This document shows positions 58,901 through 64,000 of a DNA stretch of 64,000 nt, piece by piece. Under the pieces are notes generated by a model that worked only from the letters and a program-made list of their open reading frames with translations, had not been told where the DNA came from and made no database searches. Each line of letters starts with the position of its first letter. Position 1 is the first letter of the stretch. The DNA is from Candidatus Brocadiia bacterium. Its GTDB lineage: Bacteria; Planctomycetota; Brocadiia; SM23-32. The translations under genes and the position numbers were made by a program. The stretch is from NCBI GenBank assembly GCA_046538485.1, contig JBKHIT010000002.1, forward strand, positions 32,001-96,000, written 5' to 3'.

Positions 58901-61900
58901 GGAATACGATGTGGTCTTCGCACCGGGATGGGAATTGGTGGGCGAATGTCCTCCCAGTATACAAAAAGCTCTTAAACGCCTTGTTAATGCCGGCAAAATC
59001 GTCGCGACCGAGCGGTCGAGTAAACTTCCCGTAAAGGGGATTTCAAGGCTTCAATCATCGCTTGATGAATACGACGATAAGCTCGGTGGCGCTTTCCCGC
59101 GATATGTGGATTTTGAGACGGAGATGGTGTGGAACCGGAGTGAGAAAACGACGCAACTGGTGGGAGATTTCCTTTCAAAACACATCGAACCGGCGGGGTT
59201 GGTCCAAAAGGCTGAAGGGACCGAGGAACTCCCGGTCCACGTGGGGCCGGACTGGCTGAAATGCGGGCGGGGACAATACATGATTATACCCAATTTTGCT
59301 TATACGCGGTTTGATGGGCTTCATAAAACGCTCTATCAGGCGCCCGACCGGCCGACCGTGAAATTTCCCGAGAAGAATCCGAAATGCTACGATATGCTCG
59401 AGATGCGATCTGTGGAAGTTGAAAGGAAAGATGACTGGATGATTGTCCGGCCGGACTTCCGGTACTACCCGGGGAAGATATACGCTTTCCTCCCGCGTGA
59501 AATCGGTGGCGTGAGTCTGAAGGCCAGTTCCGAGGTTAAGGCGGGAGAAACCATCCAATACCAGGCACGAGTGACGGACGACGCTGGCCACACAATCAAT
59601 GCCGGTTTCCCTATTGAAATTAAGCTGGAGCACCCTCTTGGCAGGACGCTCTACGATGTTTACCGGGTAGCTAAACCTGTGTATTCCGGTGCTTATGCAA
59701 TGCCGGTCAATATTACACCCGGCAACTGGACCCTGAGCGTTCGGGAATTAATCGGCGGCGCGATTGCGAAGACGAAAATCAAGGTGGGGCGAGGGGCGTT
59801 GCCCCTCGGCCAATACGATGGGACAACCGTGTTTGTGCATGATGTCGCCCAAATCCGCAGGTTTTTGAAAAATAACGAAAAAGTAATCATTGCGCGTTCG
59901 GAATCTCAGCAATGGTTAGTGCCGGCCGCTCGAGAACTATCCGCAGGACTGAAAAAGATGGGCATTGAGGCGGAGATCAAGAACATTGACGGGATCGTGC
60001 GCACTGCTGGAGACTGGAACCGCAAAAATCCAACAGCGGACGGGACAAGGATGTGGCGTGGAACAGTAGTCGCCCCTGGACTGTTTGTCGATGCTCCTGT
60101 GATCGTGCTGGGACGGCGTTACGAAAATCGGCTTGTGGAGGCTTTGATCGGTAGAGGAACAGTGCCGGAGCCTCTGACGGAAAACTTCCCGGGGCAAGGC
60201 CGTGCTGTCGTCGGACACGTGCGGCGGGCGTTTTCCAATGAGTACGACACCTTGTACATATTCTCACGAGACAAAACCGGAATAAAACGAGGAATCGAGA
60301 AATTGATCTCGGCGGAAGCGGATGTGTCAGCGCCCGTGCATCCGGAACTTGTTGAACCGAAAGTTCGGTCCGATGCGAAACTCGCTGATCAAGCCAGACG
60401 GGACTGGGCACCTTCAAGTTACCGACAGAATATCTGGGGTGAAGATCTGATTCGAACGATAGATGTCGATCCGGTATCCGGTCGAATCCTGGTCGGGACA
60501 TTTGGGTACGGTTACAACCTGTTCTGCCTGTCGGAGAAGGGAGATCTGTTGTGGCGCAAATTTCTGCCTGAACATGATGTTTACTATGCCCGATGGTATG
60601 ACCAGGGTATCAGGGAGATTGAGAAAGAAGAGGAAGAGGAGACGATAGGGGCGTGGGAAAATGCGAAAGAAATCAGGCCGGACGAAGGATACGAAGAAGA
60701 ACCAGAAGAGGGTCAGGGGGAAGAAGTGAAAAAGGGCGCCCGGCGTGTCGTAGCGGCGACGGGCCGCGGTTTCCATGTCTTTTTGCTCAACGGTGAAAAT
60801 GGTGACGTGATCAAAAAATTTGCATCGACCGAGTGGCCGAATTACCACAGTACTTACACCGAAGGAGCATTGAAGACTGAAGTGCCGATTAGAGTGAACA
60901 CACCTCTGAAACAGATATTGGTATGCGGGAAGACGGCTATGGTAGCACTGGATTATGAAGGGAACAAAATATGGTCGCTCGATAGGGCGGATGCGATCAC
61001 CGAATACCCTGAGAAAGCTGAACAAACCGGAGCGGCCACTTTTCCACGGTCAGCGGTCATGCGAGGGTTTGCGATCAGCCCCGATGGATCGAAGATTATT
61101 CATAGCCAGTATCGGATCACCGGATCTACGGAGACAGCAAAAGAAATAGTCGATGTTTGGGGCCACCTGCCGCACGTAATCGATGCCAGAACGGGGAAAA
61201 TTCTGGCGGTTAACCGGTCGAACCGGGGTGAAAGTACACGTGCTTGCGGATGGTCTGTAGGGTGGCCGGAAAATTCGAAACGGCCATGGGTGTATCGAAA
61301 AGGATTGGGAGCTCCTCTCCAAGAAGACGGAAGTTTTGGCGAATTTAAGCTGGTTCGTGGAAAAAGACTCGAAAATGGCGATTGGCTGCAGCATACAAAT
61401 ACGCGACTGGCAAGAGTTGCTGCGAATGGGAATGTGGTGTGGGAGAAGGACTCGGAGGAAGTCTGGATTCGACAACTGGACCGGCTCAGTAAGGATCAGA
61501 CGAAGATTTATCGTTGCGATCCCGACGGGCTGATTAAATGCTATGATCTTGAAAACGGAGAAACTCTTTGGGAATACGGCGGCTTGGATTACAGCGCGGT
61601 TTTCCGGCCGACCCAAAAGAGTCTGCTGGCTGGGGCGGAAGACGGTGACCTGGTATTTCTGGATTCAGCGGGAAAGGCGAAGTGGGAAACAACAATTCGT
61701 GACGACAACCGTGTTCCCGCTGGAGGATACCCCGGCGAAATTGAATATGCTGAACAGAGGGACCCCGATAGTACGGCTGAATTTTATCCGGTTGGTGAAG
61801 ATAAACCGGGAGACTATAAGACCCTTCTTCGGAAAGGCCTGGAGCAAATCTCTGGGGGTGGTTTTGAAGCCGGTACCCATTGGGAAATTAAAGATGGCAA

Positions 61901-64000
61901 AATCGAATCTGGTGGGGAGGCTCACCGAGGCAAGAAATGTTTGTCCCTTGAGCAAGGGGATCTTGTCAGCCAGGCTATCGAGCGAAAAGTGGTACCGTCG
62001 GCTACTTACCTGCTGGAATTTTTCTACAAAATCAATAATTTAAAAGCGCGGCTGACGGCTGGCGTGATGCTTGAGGGCAAGGGCAAGATCAGCGATGAAG
62101 TCCTTACTGCCTCGAAATTTGGGGCGGTGACGGGGGCGCGAGCCGGGCAGTGGAGCTTCGGGCGGCTCGCCGTGAAAAGCATGGCCGATACCGTGAAAAT
62201 ACGGGTCGGGTTTGAGGCGGAAGATGGAGTGGTTTTGGTCGATGATGTGAGTTTGAAACCGATTCGATTCCCGTCGGCCAATCTGGTGGCATGCGAAGAA
62301 CTCCACGCGATTGAGCCCACGTATGTGGAAGATATTCGAGTCCAGTATGATCGCGTTTCAGGGGCACTCAAGAATAAGTTGCGCAATAAGAATCGGGTCG
62401 CTGCGTTTGCCCAATGTGATCCGAATGTGGCAATCATCTGGACGCAGGAAGAAAGCTATTTGCACAATGGTCGGCTGGACGACATCGGTCAGATATGGCG
62501 CTATCAACCGGACAACGTGGGATTCAGCGTTATTTTTGCAGAACCTATGTACGTTTCCCATCTTGTGCTCTATCTGAACAATGCGACGCCTGGTAATGTT
62601 TATCAAACCATCGGCGTGCTGGCGAACAATATAGAGACGAAAATGCCAGAAACGGTGGCACTTGTGCGAGGGAATCGTCGTCGGTTCGTAGTAGTTCATT
62701 TCGACGAACCTGTCTACACCGATAATCTGAAAATATTGCCGGGACCGCACCGAGCTCATAAAGAGTGTATCACCGAAGTGGAAGTCTACGGTCCGCTCGG
62801 GGGCCCGGAAATGGCGGAGAAAAGCGATGGATTTTCGGAGGCAGCGCCGGCCCATTCGATGTTCATGGGATCGCCGGATCATGCTCCGAAACAACTTCCA
62901 GAACCCCTGACCGGCGAGTATAAAGAAGTAGCGAGATCGAGTCGCATTGGTACCCCGGCTTACCATTGTGGAGGCTCCGTTGCGAGCGGACTCTTTACGT
63001 TCGGTGTGGCAGATGGGAGGGTCCGCTCCGTGAAAATCAGTCGATCGGAGAGACGACATAACAGACCAGATTGGGGTCGGTCATGGTCTCTCAGCAGCGT
63101 GGCTCCAACAACCGCACCCGCACGATATAGAGGACGCCTTCTGGTCGGATCGGCGGATTATAAACTGCATGCGGTCGCTGATAATGGCATGCATCTGTGG
63201 GGTTTTGAGACGGACGGGAGAGTGTACTCAGCTCCAACTCCGAACGGACATGAAGTATATTTTGGCTCGGATGATGGGAATCTGTACAAAGCGGATATCG
63301 ATTCCGGGATGTTGATATGGCGGTTTGAAACCGGTGGAAAAGTGCGAAGCTCTCCTGCATTGTCCGACGGAAAACTTTATTTCGCTTCCTGGGATGGGAA
63401 CCTTTACGCTCTGGATGCGGCGAAAGGACGGAAGGTTTGGCAGGCTGCAATAGAGAAGTTCACACGTTGCAGTCCGGCGGTTCGAAGTGGAAAAGTTTAC
63501 ATTGGTGATGAACGAGGTCATATGGTCTGCTACAGCGCTAAAAACGGCAAATTGTTGTGGAGAAAGCCGCTGGGAGACCATATTTCGAGGTGTCCGGTTG
63601 TGCTGGGAGATAGTGTGGTATATGCGAGCGAAGACGGCAAAATCGCGGCAATAATGCCGTCGGGATCCGTCCGTTGGAGGCGTGATCTGAAGACGCGTAT
63701 CAGTGGCCAGCCCATTCCCACGCGGGAACAGCTTATCGTGCCCACTGACAATGGACTTTCTGTATTGAAATCGGACGATGGGAAGGACGATGAAAGGTTT
63801 GTCCCGCCTCGTAAGGCGGGTAAAATTCATACCGCCTTACCCTATAAAGGTTTCTTGTGTCTGCTGAGTGGTCGCCCATCCGTTTATAAGGCTGGCGGAA
63901 GGAACTTTGTGAATTATGGTGGCACTGTGGAGATCTGGGCTCCAAGAGAGGAACCTGAGACGTCGGAGACACCGGAAAAGGGCACGGGAGGTTCGAAATG
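55974..64000 (+). CDS. Giant secreted multidomain protein, 2675 aa within the window: signal peptide, Ig/MG-like, GH42-like barrel plus trimerisation-like domain, MG-like, PQQ-type propeller, CBM-like, discoidin-like, PQQ-type propeller
   Basis: Absent from the ORF track. Manual translation from ATG 55974 (MKTDKLFLRGRWAAILLCILCLALVGEVSA-DE) has no stop to 63998. The window ends in TG, probably TGA overlapping a next ATG (63998-64000) preceded by GGAGGT. Confidence 0.93.
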   Translation, partial: MKTDKLFLRGRWAAILLCILCLALVGEVSADETVELRLVPYDRPDVTVDELDEERPIVNPVSTAQGVEMRQVGVAVTCWARNVRLDGQSVFERYHGRKYVGRVPVVKKKLEPGKHTIWPGEHTFTVTDEGELQSGSPALEIEENVVRIKCYPVTIEAYQSSGPGLSGTMRQQALPEMTLREAEDAWSAAEDNKKKPRELLPVFEDFAPLRIWLPPNTAGAGYLLHPVGLTFQLDADGVKVGSGEKGRKVDGIKTAKNKIRVPLRVHPVRGDQGSALVVLGVHKMEWERESGLKEARWYPRHQPYEVQIAEEAPTIEIEGHLQTLPIKMMRVRIVDQLSGAQQLLVAEMESPHLITQQQFVSRIRGVDARGSKLDDKVVFGEVRRYGENEWNKLGLKGHGQGEAKFFVPELPTGLYELRIGFEVAENDRFGVKRWVTIGPEEPRPGVGTFTQKGRNAFYRGEEFWIGLGVRTPGEQIPSGQRIELKLEDENGRELSVYVGKTKAPIEERKTYVVRVGGEMSLKLAPGKYRLAAKLGSYSSPGRDISIVEPDPQTHFTTMLNGKYNVIGKQYEKVLKTCEGAEFLAREIKEAGYNTFMGMSYSLQRHNRKNTAIEQLVRERPSLGPWESYYQPSGRDRFMNAAVRNNLRFYENIFSHHDSMLPRHKAFLAAAERYASLELESMRHSPVFRGVCLYDEFYHSGGVHTAAIKDMFLKAQQMGFRERYDGLTVAEAKKALDRFVRRPPGRRRTEDVEKYRLWKEHEDWQWERFSRRMNGAIKDVMPSARTFALQRFGGSNGSNIAHNGPSEKVFGPLDIASCVMYKDGGFGDRPVFAPMQADVLSIRKNIPVWTQLHCFHGPGIYGRHLLRQAFFALSQKVEGFSFFTIGFDPENPRQLDNRDTIRTIAAELCRPYGDFFMACEKGYKKVGIYYSRTAAHLRQRKSLKLSYACEGLWVGCMRAGYPADFLYDTDIIEGRGMEYDVVFAPGWELVGECPPSIQKALKRLVNAGKIVATERSSKLPVKGISRLQSSLDEYDDKLGGAFPRYVDFETEMVWNRSEKTTQLVGDFLSKHIEPAGLVQKAEGTEELPVHVGPDWLKCGRGQYMIIPNFAYTRFDGLHKTLYQAPDRPTVKFPEKNPKCYDMLEMRSVEVERKDDWMIVRPDFRYYPGKIYAFLPREIGGVSLKASSEVKAGETIQYQARVTDDAGHTINAGFPIEIKLEHPLGRTLYDVYRVAKPVYSGAYAMPVNITPGNWTLSVRELIGGAIAKTKIKVGRGALPLGQYDGTTVFVHDVAQIRRFLKNNEKVIIARSESQQWLVPAARELSAGLKKMGIEAEIKNIDGIVRTAGDWNRKNPTADGTRMWRGTVVAPGLFVDAPVIVLGRRYENRLVEALIGRGTVPEPLTENFPGQGRAVVGHVRRAFSNEYDTLYIFSRDKTGIKRGIEKLISAEADVSAPVHPELVEPKVRSDAKLADQARRDWAPSSYRQNIWGEDLIRTIDVDPVSGRILVGTFGYGYNLFCLSEKGDLLWRKFLPEHDVYYARWYDQGIREIEKEEEEETIGAWENAKEIRPDEGYEEEPEEGQGEEVKKGARRVVAATGRGFHVFLLNGENGDVIKKFASTEWPNYHSTYTEGALKTEVPIRVNTPLKQILVCGKTAMVALDYEGNKIWSLDRADAITEYPEKAEQTGAATFPRSAVMRGFAISPDGSKIIHSQYRITGSTETAKEIVDVWGHLPHVIDARTGKILAVNRSNRGESTRACGWSVGWPENSKRPWVYRKGLGAPLQEDGSFGEFKLVRGKRLENGDWLQHTNTRLARVAANGNVVWEKDSEEVWIRQLDRLSKDQTKIYRCDPDGLIKCYDLENGETLWEYGGLDYSAVFRPTQKSLLAGAEDGDLVFLDSAGKAKWETTIRDDNRVPAGGYPGEIEYAEQRDPDSTAEFYPVGEDKPGDYKTLLRKGLEQISGGGFEAGTHWEIKDGKIESGGEAHRGKKCLSLEQGDLVSQAIERKVVPSATYLLEFFYKINNLKARLTAGVMLEGKGKISDEVLTASKFGAVTGARAGQWSFGRLAVKSMADTVKIRVGFEAEDGVVLVDDVSLKPIRFPSANLVACEELHAIEPTYVEDIRVQYDRVSGALKNKLRNKNRVAAFAQCDPNVAIIWTQEESYLHNGRLDDIGQIWRYQPDNVGFSVIFAEPMYVSHLVLYLNNATPGNVYQTIGVLANNIETKMPETVALVRGNRRRFVVVHFDEPVYTDNLKILPGPHRAHKECITEVEVYGPLGGPEMAEKSDGFSEAAPAHSMFMGSPDHAPKQLPEPLTGEYKEVARSSRIGTPAYHCGGSVASGLFTFGVADGRVRSVKISRSERRHNRPDWGRSWSLSSVAPTTAPARYRGRLLVGSADYKLHAVADNGMHLWGFETDGRVYSAPTPNGHEVYFGSDDGNLYKADIDSGMLIWRFETGGKVRSSPALSDGKLYFASWDGNLYALDAAKGRKVWQAAIEKFTRCSPAVRSGKVYIGDERGHMVCYSAKNGKLLWRKPLGDHISRCPVVLGDSVVYASEDGKIAAIMPSGSVRWRRDLKTRISGQPIPTREQLIVPTDNGLSVLKSDDGKDDERFVPPRKAGKIHTALPYKGFLCLLSGRPSVYKAGGRNFVNYGGTVEIWAPREEPETSETPEKGTGGSK

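Noticed and set aside
56157..63972. Numerous short ORFs listed in the track on both strands
   Set aside because: All are shadows of the single uninterrupted plus-strand ORF starting at 55974.
55974..64000. Bacterial alpha-2-macroglobulin or a true PQQ dehydrogenase
   Set aside because: Only isolated MG-like segments are present. I saw no thioester-domain CxEQ motif in an A2M context, and the propeller repeats look like the structural BamB type.

Overview
Bacterial chromosomal window, probably Planctomycetota or another PVC lineage (inferred from the gene families only). Two paralogous MoxR AAA+ / DUF58 / BatA-vWA / vWA-GATase-like / DUF4175-like / DUF4159 clusters dominate it. Cluster 1 is on the minus strand (922-15362), downstream of bamD-lptE-ftsH-ykgJ, and has a candidate sigma54 promoter. 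Cluster 2 is on the plus strand (46394-55947) and runs straight into a giant secreted multidomain ORF that the supplied track missed. I translated that ORF by hand: 55974 to the window end, 2675 sense codons, with a signal peptide, Ig/MG-like domains, a GH42-like barrel plus trimerisation-like domain, a CBM-like domain, a discoidin-like domain and two PQQ-type propellers. Between the clusters lie a divergent ECF sigma with a ZAS-FecR-VIT-vWA anti-sigma, an alpha/beta-hydrolase::AAC(3)-family fusion, a ThuA-like protein, eno, trpF, a secreted esterase, a plant-type glucuronokinase homologue, a spermidine-synthase-like membrane protein with a membrane-anchored pcm, a patch of REP-like repeats, GH-like, URO-D-family and heparinase II/III genes, and a scar of two gene fragments. 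I found no rRNA, tRNA, CRISPR array or intact transposase. All family calls come from motif recognition by eye; no database searches were run.
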